In this document: in pieces, positions 1 through 7,382 of the stretch | Layout: each line of letters opens with the position of its first letter | Position numbering within the stretch: position 1 is the first letter of the stretch | Notes under the pieces: generated by a model | The model's input: only the letters and a program-made list of their open reading frames with translations | What the model was told of the DNA's origin: nothing | The model's database searches: none | Virus record (IMG/VR): IMGVR_UViG_3300020045_001608 | Coordinates: 1-25,519 of that record | DNA from: a virus | Lineage: Duplodnaviria > Caudoviricetes | Strand: one strand, 5' to 3' | Length of the DNA stretch: 25,519 nt | Made by a program: the position numbers and the translations under genes

Positions 1-128
1 ATACATTCCACAACAAAAGAACTAAACAACAAGTGTATCGATTTCAAATGTATTGGAATGGTTTAACTCCTTATCAATGCTTTCAGAATTATGATACTAA
101 AGTAATTGTAAAACAACATAATGTATGA
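1..128 (+). CDS. 3' end of a hypothetical protein, truncated by the window edge
   Basis: Frame starting at base 3 is open (TFHNKRTKQQVYRFQMYWNG...KQHNV) to TGA at 126-128, which overlaps the next ATG as ATGA, typical of coupled phage genes. Confidence 0.55.
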   Translation, partial: TFHNKRTKQQVYRFQMYWNGLTPYQCFQNYDTKVIVKQHNV

Positions 129-343
129 GTTCAAAAGAATATTTCTTAAAGTTATCGGAGCAAATTTACAACGATTTGCCCGATAACGAAAAACTTTATC
201 TTAATCATTTAGGATTAGAAGTTAGACAATTACCAAGCAATGACGATTTACAAAACGATGAGAATTATAAAAAAATTAGAAAACATCGTATTGATGCGTG
301 GAATGATGAACAAGAATATTTATTTAAAAAACGTAACGGATAA
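125..343 (+). CDS. hypothetical phage protein (72 aa)
   Basis: ORF track; ATGA coupling with the upstream ORF; no recognisable motif. Confidence 0.75.
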   Translation: MSSKEYFLKLSEQIYNDLPDNEKLYLNHLGLEVRQLPSNDDLQNDENYKKIRKHRIDAWNDEQEYLFKKRNG

Positions 344-367
344 AATTAACAATTAAAATTTAAAATT

Positions 368-994
368 ATGGCAATTATTGCAACATCAAACGGAAGTACA
401 AGTTTTGAACCAATAGCAACTGGAAACTATCCAGCACGTTGTTATTCTATGGTACATATCGGAACTATTGAAGAAAACATTTTAGGCACATTAAAAAAGC
501 TAAATAAAGTTAGAATTACTTGGGAATTACCAAGTGAATTAAAAGTTTTCAAAGAAGAAAATGGAGAGCAACCACAAGTAATAAGTAAAGAATTTACATT
601 ATCACTTCACGAAAAAGCAACTTTAAGAGGGTTTCTTAAAAATTGGAGAGGAAAAGACTTTACAGATGAAGAAGCAAAGGCTTTTGATATTGAAAAATTA
701 GTTGGTGCGCCTTGTATGTTAAATATCACACACAAAACCAAAAAAGATGGTTCGGGTGTTTATGCTGAAATAGGTTCGGTTTCAACAATGCCAAAAGGGT
801 TTACTTGTCCTGACCAAATTAATCCAAGTTTTATTTTTACTTACGAGAATTTTAACGAGGAAAAATTTAATTTACTACCTGACTATTTAAAAAATAAAAT
901 GGTTAATTCTGAGGAATATAAACAAGCTACAACTGGAGGTCAAGAAGTAGAAAGCCCATCAAAAGAAGAAGAACATGATGACCTCCCTTTTTAA
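368..994 (+). CDS. putative phage single-stranded DNA-binding / replication protein
   Basis: N-terminal FEPIATGNYPARCYSMVHIG pattern of phage OB-fold SSB-like proteins, acidic C-terminal tail EEEHDDLPF typical of SSBs, position in the replication module. Confidence 0.7.
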   Translation: MAIIATSNGSTSFEPIATGNYPARCYSMVHIGTIEENILGTLKKLNKVRITWELPSELKVFKEENGEQPQVISKEFTLSLHEKATLRGFLKNWRGKDFTDEEAKAFDIEKLVGAPCMLNITHKTKKDGSGVYAEIGSVSTMPKGFTCPDQINPSFIFTYENFNEEKFNLLPDYLKNKMVNSEEYKQATTGGQEVESPSKEEEHDDLPF

Positions 995-1046
995 AGAACA
1001 AATGCTACAACTTCTAATAAAAACCTTTGAACTTTATTAAAAAAAG

Positions 1047-1077
1047 TTTGGTATATTGGAATAATTGATTAACTTTG
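1047..1077 (+). promoter_or_regulatory. Bacteroidota housekeeping-sigma promoter (-33 TTTG / -7 TAACTTTG)
   Basis: TTTG at 1047-1050, 19-nt spacer, TAACTTTG at 1070-1077: exact match to the TTTG-N19-21-TAnnTTTG consensus in an intergenic gap. Confidence 0.8.
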
Positions 1078-1084
1078 TATTTAT

Positions 1085-1117
1085 AAATTAACCCGTGTAT
1101 AAAATACGGGTTAATTT
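1085..1117 (+). repeat. 12-bp perfect inverted repeat (leader hairpin, terminator or operator)
   Basis: AAATTAACCCGT (1085-1096) / ACGGGTTAATTT (1106-1117), 9-nt spacer, immediately downstream of the promoter. Confidence 0.75.
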
Positions 1118-1142
1118 TAACTTAAAATTTTAACATTGTAAA

Positions 1143-1292
1143 ATGACAAAAGAAATAAGAAAAGATTTGTATACTCAAAGCGAGTATGCAAAAAAGATAG
1201 GAGTAACAAGGGCAAGAGTAAACCAAATGATTAAAGAAAACATTCTTAAAATCGTTGTGGTAAATGGTGCAACTTTAATAAAGTTAAACTAA
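1143..1292 (+). CDS. small helix-turn-helix DNA-binding protein (Cro/excisionase-like, 49 aa; not in ORF track)
   Basis: Manual translation MTKEIRKDLYTQSEYAKKIGVTRARVNQMIKENILKIVVVNGATLIKLN; TQSEYAKKIGVTRARVNQMI is an HTH pattern; A-rich start context. Confidence 0.8.
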   Translation: MTKEIRKDLYTQSEYAKKIGVTRARVNQMIKENILKIVVVNGATLIKLN

Positions 1293-1327
1293 AAAAATTT
1301 GAATAAAAATTTAACAATGTTAATAAA

Positions 1328-2032
1328 ATGAGTAAAGATACTTTTTATTTTAGCCACGATTACAATGCGAGAAACGACATTAAAATTAAAAAGTTAATAG
1401 CAAAACATAATTATAATGGTTATGGTTTGTTTTGGGCAATAATTGAAGAATTATATAATAATGCCAACGCATTGCCTTTGGATTACGAATGTATTTCTTT
1501 TGACCTAAGAGTTGATGTTGAAATTTTAAAATCAATAATAAATGATTTTGATTTATTTATTGTTAATGATGGTTTTTTTGGAAGTTTATCAGTTCAAAGA
1601 AGATTAGAACAAAGAAACGAAAAGTCAACAAAAGCAAGGGAATCAGCAAATAAAAGATGGAATAAAGATGCGAACGCATTGCAAACGCAATCCGATAGCA
1701 ATGCTATAAAGGAAAGTAAAGTAAAAGAAAATAAAGAAAATGAAAATAAAGATATAACGGCTTTGCCTACTTTTAGTTTTTACCATTATTTAATTAACTT
1801 AGGTTGTAATAAACAATTAGTTTCTGATTGGATTAAGGTAAGAAAAAATAAAAGACTTACAAATACCGAAACTGCACTTAAAAAATTTATTACTCAGGTT
1901 GAAAAAAGCGGATATTCAATTGACGAAGTTTTAGAAAAATGTATTGAAAAAAGTTGGGGTGGATTTGAAAGTGATTGGTATTGTAAAGTAAAAAAACCTA
2001 TTGTTAAACCATTTTATGATAGTCCAGCGTAA
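1328..2032 (+). CDS. phage replication initiator (DUF4373 / Lin1244-like N-terminal domain)
   Basis: YFSHDYNARND...GYGLFWAIIEELY N-terminus, K-rich linker, C-terminal phage replisome-organiser-like segment (WIKVRKNK...IEKSWGGF); directly upstream of the helicase. Confidence 0.75.
   Translation: MSKDTFYFSHDYNARNDIKIKKLIAKHNYNGYGLFWAIIEELYNNANALPLDYECISFDLRVDVEILKSIINDFDLFIVNDGFFGSLSVQRRLEQRNEKSTKARESANKRWNKDANALQTQSDSNAIKESKVKENKENENKDITALPTFSFYHYLINLGCNKQLVSDWIKVRKNKRLTNTETALKKFITQVEKSGYSIDEVLEKCIEKSWGGFESDWYCKVKKPIVKPFYDSPA
1668..1711 (+). repeat. 11-nt-period degenerate direct repeats (candidate origin iterons)
   Basis: ATGCGAACGCA / TTGCAAACGCA / ATCCGATAGCA / ATGCTATAAAG inside the initiator gene, followed by a purine/A-rich tract. 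Confidence 0.5.
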
Positions 2033-3864
2033 TGAGTAATATACAAAATTGGGATTTAATCCAAACAAATAAAACAAGCGGAACTGCAAAAATAAAATGT
2101 CCTATTTGCACCGATACACGCAAAAACAAGTCAGATAATAGTTTGATGGTTTGGTTTAATAATGGTACTGCTAAATGCTTTAATCAAGGTTGTGAAGCGT
2201 TATTTTTTAAAGATAGTATTCAAAAATCGATAGTACAATCAAATTATACTTTGCCAAGTCAGGAATGGAAAAACTATACTAAGCTATCTGATGCACTTGT
2301 TAAACATTGCGAAAACGAAAGAAAGATTAATCAATATACGTTAAAGCATTTTGAAATTAGTGAAGAAAAATACTATCAACCATCATTAAACAAAGAAGTT
2401 AATAATATTGTATTTAACTATTTTGAGGGCGATGTATTAGTTAATAAAAAATATCGTTCAGGAAATAAAAAGTTCACTCAATCAAAAAATGGTAAACCAA
2501 TTTTCTATAACATCAATTCGATTATAGGCGAAGATGAGGTTTATATTGTCGAGGGCGAATTTGATGTATTAGCACTTTATGAAGTTGGAATAAAAAATGT
2601 AGTTTCAATTCCTAATGGTGCAAATGATAACGATAACTACTGGATTAATTCTGAAAAATATATAAAAGACGTTAAAAAGTTCTACATAGCAACCGATAAC
2701 GACGAAAGCGGAAACAATGTAGCTGAAAAAATAGCACAACGTTTAGGGCGTTATAGATGCGAAAGAGTTTTATTTAATGGTAAAGATGCAAACGACGACT
2801 TAAAAAGTGGAACTTTAAAAGAAAGCGTTTACAATAGAAAAAAATATCCAGTTTCAGGAGTTTTCACTACAGAAGACTTACTTGAAAAAATGGTTACTTT
2901 GTATGACAATGGATTACCAAATTGCATTGATATAAAAAATCGTGCTTTAAGTTGCTTAAATGATAAGTTCAAACTAATGTATGGTCATTTATGTATAGGC
3001 ACTGGAATACCATCACACGGAAAATCAAATTTTACAGAATGGTTGGTTTTAAATTACTTACTTGAAAACGATGTTAAAGCAAGTTTTTTCAGTCCTGAAC
3101 ACCAACCAATGGAATTACATATGTCAACTTTCGTTCAAAAAACAATTGGTAAAAACTATTTTTATGAAATAAAAGAAACACCAAAAGTTTCAAAGATGGA
3201 TATAATGCAGTTTCATAATTGGGCAAATCAAAAACTATACTTAACAAGTCCTGAGAATGGAGAGTTTGCAACTTGGGATTGGATTTTTGAAAAATTTAGA
3301 GAGCAAATTTATTCTTTTGGTATTAATATTTTTGTAGTTGATGCGTGGAATAAAGTAGAACATACTGGGACTAAAACTGAAAGAGAAAATATAGGGTTAA
3401 CACTTTCAAGATTAACACAATTCGCTCAACAAAATAACGTTTTGATAATAGTTATTGCGCACCCTACTAAAATGAAAAAAGAAAACGGAATATATGAACA
3501 ACCTACGTTGTACGATGTTTCAGGTAGTGCGGATTTCAGAAACCAAACACATGATGGATTTTGTATTTATAGATATTTTGGAGATGAAAGTTTTACTAAA
3601 TTTACAAACTTAAAAACTAAATATTCTTTTCAGGGCGAAATAGGAGCGAGTTTAGAATTTGATTATCATTTACCATCGGGGCGTTATTACGAAAGAGGTA
3701 CAGAACCGCAAACAGAAAACCTATTAGATAAGCTAATTAGTAAAGAACAAAAAGAAGATAATTTTTTACAAGAGTTAGTCCCATTACCTTTGATAAGTAA
3801 AGAAGAATTGAAAGGAGTTTTTGATGATATGCCATACGATGATGATGCACAGGTTCCATTTTAA
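2032..3864 (+). CDS. bifunctional DNA primase-helicase (T7 gp4/Twinkle-like; Zn finger + TOPRIM + SF4 helicase)
   Basis: CPIC...CFNQGC zinc-binding domain, TOPRIM motifs IVEGEFDVLAL and ATDNDESG, Walker A GIPSHGKS, Walker B FVVDAWN, VIAHP and YDVSGSADF DnaB-family motifs. Confidence 0.93.
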   Translation: MSNIQNWDLIQTNKTSGTAKIKCPICTDTRKNKSDNSLMVWFNNGTAKCFNQGCEALFFKDSIQKSIVQSNYTLPSQEWKNYTKLSDALVKHCENERKINQYTLKHFEISEEKYYQPSLNKEVNNIVFNYFEGDVLVNKKYRSGNKKFTQSKNGKPIFYNINSIIGEDEVYIVEGEFDVLALYEVGIKNVVSIPNGANDNDNYWINSEKYIKDVKKFYIATDNDESGNNVAEKIAQRLGRYRCERVLFNGKDANDDLKSGTLKESVYNRKKYPVSGVFTTEDLLEKMVTLYDNGLPNCIDIKNRALSCLNDKFKLMYGHLCIGTGIPSHGKSNFTEWLVLNYLLENDVKASFFSPEHQPMELHMSTFVQKTIGKNYFYEIKETPKVSKMDIMQFHNWANQKLYLTSPENGEFATWDWIFEKFREQIYSFGINIFVVDAWNKVEHTGTKTERENIGLTLSRLTQFAQQNNVLIIVIAHPTKMKKENGIYEQPTLYDVSGSADFRNQTHDGFCIYRYFGDESFTKFTNLKTKYSFQGEIGASLEFDYHLPSGRYYERGTEPQTENLLDKLISKEQKEDNFLQELVPLPLISKEELKGVFDDMPYDDDAQVPF

Positions 3865-4006
3865 CCCAACTAAAAACCTATTACAAAATAGGCATGATAA
3901 AATAACGCAAAAGTTTATAGATGGTAAAATAAGTTATTTTGATTATGAGCGATATGAATACCATTATGAAAAAATTAAACATTTATTTATTATTAACTTA
4001 AATTAA
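3821..4006 (+). CDS. hypothetical protein (start may be one of the ATGs at 3839-3845)
   Basis: ORF track; fills the gap after the helicase and overlaps its 3' end. Confidence 0.55.
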   Translation: MMICHTMMMHRFHFNPTKNLLQNRHDKITQKFIDGKISYFDYERYEYHYEKIKHLFIINLN

Positions 4007-4035
4007 AAATTATGAATTTAATAAAAATAAATTTG

Positions 4036-4043
4036 TATATTTG
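4036..4043 (+). promoter_or_regulatory. Bacteroidota -7 promoter element TATATTTG
   Basis: Matches TAnnTTTG in an intergenic gap (a second match, TAAATTTG, at 4028-4035); the -33 element is poor. Confidence 0.6.
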
Positions 4044-4047
4044 TTTA

Positions 4048-4126
4048 TCGGAGTGGACGCCGAATTAAAAACATTATAAAATTCCAACGCAGATAAAGAC
4101 GTCCACCTTTTGAAGCGTTGGTTTTT
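4048..4126 (+). ncRNA. candidate structured leader RNA: two hairpins with complementary loops (kissing loop) ending in a U-tract
   Basis: TCGG-[AGTGGACG]-CCGA (4048-4063); CCAACGC..AAAG-[ACGTCCAC]-CTTT..GCGTTGG (4084-4121) then TTTTT; GTGGACG is the exact reverse complement of CGTCCAC. Confidence 0.7.
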
Positions 4127-4132
4127 ACATTT

Positions 4133-4621
4133 ATGGAACAAGTAGAAATTTGGAAAGATATACCTAATCATGAAGGAACATATCAAGTTAGTAATTTAGG
4201 AAGAGTAAGGAGTTTAAAGTTTGGAAAAGAAAAAATAATGAAGCAAGTATTAGATAAAAAAAATTACTTTTTTCTTACTTTAATGGAAAATAAAAAAAAT
4301 AAAACTAAAAGAGTTCATAAACTTGTAGCTATGGCTTTTTTAAATCATATTCCTTCAAAAATGAATTATGTTGTTGACCACATAGATAACAATTCAAAAA
4401 ATAACAAATTAGATAATTTACAAATAGTAACAAATAGATATAATTGTCAAAAAGATAAAAAAGGATATAGTTCAAAATATATTGGTGTTTCTTGGTGTAA
4501 GCATTTTAAAAAATGGAACAGTAAAATTAGAATTGGAAATAAAAATAAAAATTTAGGTTATTTTAAAAATGAAGTTGAAGCAAGTATAGCTTATAAAAAT
4601 GCTTTAAAAGAAATATTATGA
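4133..4621 (+). CDS. NUMOD4-HNH homing-type endonuclease with C-terminal AP2-like DNA-binding domain
   Basis: EIWKDIPNHEGTYQVSNLGRVRS (NUMOD4); VHKLVAMAF...VDHIDNNSKNNKLDNL (HNH_3); SSKYIGVSW...W...LGYFKNEVEASIAY (AP2-like). ATG at 4133 preferred over the TTG at 4118, which lies inside the leader hairpin. Confidence 0.92.
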   Translation: MEQVEIWKDIPNHEGTYQVSNLGRVRSLKFGKEKIMKQVLDKKNYFFLTLMENKKNKTKRVHKLVAMAFLNHIPSKMNYVVDHIDNNSKNNKLDNLQIVTNRYNCQKDKKGYSSKYIGVSWCKHFKKWNSKIRIGNKNKNLGYFKNEVEASIAYKNALKEIL

Positions 4622-5031
4622 AGATCTTAGTAGTTAAAAACCACAGAGGACTTGTTCCAGTTTACGATAGCGATTATGAAAACTTCGCTAAAATTCCATT
4701 AAATGAGGAGTTTGAAATTGAGTACACAAAAAAGCGCAATTTAAAGTTTCATAAAAAATACTGGGCTTTATTAAAATTAGCTTTTGAAAATCAAAGCGAT
4801 TATAGAAGCATAAACGATATGCGCAGAGATATTGCAATAGTAAGCGGATTTTATGATGAGGTTGTAAATCTAATAACTGGTGAAATATTAAAAATTGCTA
4901 AATCAATTTCATTCGCAAAAATGGATGATACAGAATTTAGCGAACTTTACGAAAAAACAAAAGATACTATTTCTAAATGGTTGGGAATAGATAACGAAAC
5001 AATTGATAATGAGATACAACAATACTATTAA
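4618..5031 (+). CDS. DUF1367-like (Nin-region) phage protein
   Basis: RNLKFHKKYWALL and KSISFAKMDDTEFSELY motifs characteristic of the DUF1367 family; near NinG. Confidence 0.75.
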   Translation: MKILVVKNHRGLVPVYDSDYENFAKIPLNEEFEIEYTKKRNLKFHKKYWALLKLAFENQSDYRSINDMRRDIAIVSGFYDEVVNLITGEILKIAKSISFAKMDDTEFSELYEKTKDTISKWLGIDNETIDNEIQQYY

Positions 5032-5047
5032 TTAAAATTTTAAAATT

Positions 5048-5257
5048 ATGGATTTAAATGAAACATTTTGTGATTTATTGGACAATGATAATGGATTTGA
5101 TAATCAGTTATTAGCTAATAGATGTGAGATTATTTGTGAAAGACACACAAAACAAATGATTGTAAATTTTTTAAGAAGCGAAAGATTACAATTCAAACAA
5201 AAACAAGGAGATTTGTCAATAGATGAATTATTAATAGAATTGAAAAAAACTTTATGA
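5048..5257 (+). CDS. hypothetical protein
   Basis: ORF track; AAAATTATG start context; ATGA overlap with next gene. Confidence 0.7.
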   Translation: MDLNETFCDLLDNDNGFDNQLLANRCEIICERHTKQMIVNFLRSERLQFKQKQGDLSIDELLIELKKTL

Positions 5258-5451
5258 AAAAATACATAGCAATTAGTTTCATTAATAATATGAAATTCTA
5301 TTTAAAAAAAAATGGAGATTGGGAACAATCTTATGATAACTTAAAAATATATTTAGAAGACCAAGTCGGTAAGTATTTTTGCAATAAAAAAAGAACTTAT
5401 ATTTTAAAAACAAAATTTTCATTAAATGAAGTTGAAGAATATATAAACTAA
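5254..5451 (+). CDS. hypothetical protein
   Basis: ORF track; coupled to both neighbours. Confidence 0.65.
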   Translation: MKKYIAISFINNMKFYLKKNGDWEQSYDNLKIYLEDQVGKYFCNKKRTYILKTKFSLNEVEEYIN

Positions 5452-6080
5452 TGAAAGAACCTAAACAAAAGAACTGCATCGAATGTGGCAAACTATTTAA
5501 TCAATATAATTCTTTGGTACGTGTTTGCTCGACTGATTGCGCTATAAAAGTAGCAAAGGTTAAAGTAAAAAAAGAAGTTAGTAAGCAATGGAAAAAAGAA
5601 AAAAAAGAGATTAAAGAAAAGCTAATGACTAAAAGCGATTATGAAAAGTTATTGCAGAAAGAAATTAATACAATAGTTCGATTAATAGACAAAGACTTTA
5701 TTTGTATTTCAACACAAAAACCTTTAAACTACAAGTTTGATGCTGGTCACTTTTATTCAGTAGGCAGTAATCCATCGTTAAGATTTAATTTACTAAATAT
5801 TTACGCTCAATCGGTTTATGCAAATCAATACCTTTCAGGCGACCAAATTAATTTTATAAATGGTATTGAAGAAAATTACGGAAGTGGTCTTAAATCGATT
5901 GTTTTACGTCTTAAAAAAGATTATCCAATATTAAAACTAACTCAAGAAGAACTAAAAGAAAAAATTACAATAGCAAGGTCAATAGTTAAACACTTAAAAC
6001 TTGAAAATAAAACTTATAATTCAGTTCAAAGAATAGAGTTAAGAAGAAAGTTTAATAAAATGATTGGAATTTATGAGTAA
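5451..6080 (+). CDS. ninG: NinG/Rap-family recombination endonuclease
   Basis: N-terminal CxxC...CSxxCA, central VRLID...CIS...DAGHFYSVGSNPSLRFNLLNIYAQ pattern of lambda NinG. Confidence 0.85.
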   Translation: MKEPKQKNCIECGKLFNQYNSLVRVCSTDCAIKVAKVKVKKEVSKQWKKEKKEIKEKLMTKSDYEKLLQKEINTIVRLIDKDFICISTQKPLNYKFDAGHFYSVGSNPSLRFNLLNIYAQSVYANQYLSGDQINFINGIEENYGSGLKSIVLRLKKDYPILKLTQEELKEKITIARSIVKHLKLENKTYNSVQRIELRRKFNKMIGIYE

Positions 6081-6216
6081 AAAACAACCACCAAAACCCA
6101 CAATAGAACAAAAAATAAAAGACCTAAATTATCTTTTGGTAAACGATAGAGAAAATCCAAAAGTTAAGGAGTTGCAGAGGGAAATTAACTATTATGAATA
6201 TGGCATAGTTATTTAG
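6073..6216 (+). CDS. small hypothetical protein (47 aa; not in ORF track)
   Basis: Manual translation MSKKQPPKPTIEQKIKDLNYLLVNDRENPKVKELQREINYYEYGIVI; overlaps the ninG stop by 8 nt. Confidence 0.6.
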   Translation: MSKKQPPKPTIEQKIKDLNYLLVNDRENPKVKELQREINYYEYGIVI

Positions 6217-6231
6217 AACAATTATAAATTA
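6209..6231. promoter_or_regulatory. imperfect palindrome TTATTTA-N9-TAAATTA (Fur-box-like operator)
   Basis: TTATTTAGAACAATTATAAATTA just upstream of a promoter; related copies at 3983-4005 and 17924-17946. Confidence 0.45.
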
Positions 6232-6240
6232 GCTTAAAAG

Positions 6241-6271
6241 TTTGGTAGTATTAAAAATATTACTATCTTTA
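6241..6271 (+). promoter_or_regulatory. Bacteroidota-type promoter (-33 TTTG / -7 TATCTTTA variant)
   Basis: TTTG 6241-6244, 19-nt spacer, TATCTTTA 6264-6271 (one mismatch to TAnnTTTG). Confidence 0.6.
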
Positions 6272-6298
6272 CGTCATAATAATAAACAAATAGGAATT

Positions 6299-6472
6299 AT
6301 GACAACTACAACAGAAAGATTTATAGTAAAAGAAGTTATTAAATTTGGAATGTTATTCGGATATAGAATTTTTGACACTTTAGAAAACACTTACTTACCT
6401 TTTGATTTTGATGAGGATGAAAAGGTAGAAGCGGAAACAAAAGCAGAATTAAAAAACGCTCTATATAACTAA
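6299..6472 (+). CDS. hypothetical protein (57 aa)
   Basis: ORF track start 6242 lies within the promoter; ATG at 6299 (GGAATTATG) is more plausible. Confidence 0.7.
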   Translation: MTTTTERFIVKEVIKFGMLFGYRIFDTLENTYLPFDFDEDEKVEAETKAELKNALYN

Positions 6473-6508
6473 TAAAAATCAGTGATGCGACTGTAACACA
6501 TATTTATT

Positions 6509-6775
6509 ATGAAAGAAATTTTTATAATGCTTGGATTAACAATTTTACAAAATGCAAGTTTCACTCTTGTTAGTAGAGCAAGAAATAGTAATAGCATTTA
6601 TTATCATACAATTGCATCAGTTTTGAGTAATGGTATTTGGCTTTTAGTTATCAGGAATATAGTCACAAACTTTGGAAATACTACTTTAATGATTGCTTAT
6701 TTAATTGGCTCTGTAATTGGTAGTATATCTATGCATTATATTGCAATGAAATATTTTGAAAAACCTAACCAATGA
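6509..6775 (+). CDS. small membrane protein, about 3 transmembrane helices
   Basis: Three hydrophobic segments in 88 aa separated by short polar loops (SRARNSNS; RNIVTNFGN). Confidence 0.8.
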   Translation: MKEIFIMLGLTILQNASFTLVSRARNSNSIYYHTIASVLSNGIWLLVIRNIVTNFGNTTLMIAYLIGSVIGSISMHYIAMKYFEKPNQ

Positions 6776-6963
6776 TATACAACCACCTATTCAACCAAAC
6801 ACCTTTCACAAACTACAAATTAGGACAAATTTTAAACGTTTCTACAACACAAGTAATTCAGTATAGAAAATCAAAAAACGTTAACTACGAGCGTTTAATT
6901 GAGTTCATGGTAAAACTAAATATTAATAAATTAGAATACGAACAAATAAAAATAGAATTATGA
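6772..6963 (+). CDS. putative XRE-like HTH DNA-binding protein
   Basis: TNYKLGQILNVSTTQVIQY HTH-like pattern followed by YERLIEFMVKLNI helix; 63 aa. Confidence 0.6.
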   Translation: MIYNHLFNQTPFTNYKLGQILNVSTTQVIQYRKSKNVNYERLIEFMVKLNINKLEYEQIKIEL

Positions 6964-7379
6964 GAAAGCAAGATAAAATACAAGAGGCATATGGGGAGTA
7001 TTGGGATAAATTACATCATACTAATAAAATACAAGGATTTGAAAATGATGGTTGGTGTGATTTTTACAACTTTTGTTTTAATTATAATATTGTTGACCAT
7101 AAACCATTATTAAAAACGTTTGATATTAATATAGAAGATTGTTTAATACGTCCCAAATCACTACAAGGAATAGAAAACAATAATGGTTGGATTAAGATTG
7201 AAAGCGAAAGTGATTTGCCTAAAACAAGAGGTATTGAAGATATTTTTATATTAGATAAAGAAAATAGAATTTCTGTAGGTAGTACTATGTTATTATCAAG
7301 CAAAGAAACAAGAATTTATTGGAAATCTAATCTTACCCACTACCAACCAATAGTAAAACCACAACCACCAATTTATTAA
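6960..7379 (+). CDS. conserved-looking flavobacterial phage hypothetical protein
   Basis: RPKSLQGIENNNGWIKIESESDLP...THYQPI..P.PP C-terminal region reminiscent of DUF551-like domains. Confidence 0.7.
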   Translation: MRKQDKIQEAYGEYWDKLHHTNKIQGFENDGWCDFYNFCFNYNIVDHKPLLKTFDINIEDCLIRPKSLQGIENNNGWIKIESESDLPKTRGIEDIFILDKENRISVGSTMLLSSKETRIYWKSNLTHYQPIVKPQPPIY

Positions 7380-7382
7380 ATT

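Noticed and set aside
4118-4132. TTG start for the HNH gene given in the ORF track
   Set aside because: Falls within the 3' arm of the leader hairpin; the NUMOD4 motif begins right after ATG 4133.
4133-4621. HNH gene as part of a group I intron or an IscB/OMEGA system
   Set aside because: Flanking genes are intact rather than split, no group I core is visible in the short intergenic space, and the protein lacks PLMP and split RuvC motifs.
6242-6298. Extended N-terminus of ORF 6242-6472
   Set aside because: Overlaps the predicted promoter; ATG 6299 has the start context typical of this genome.
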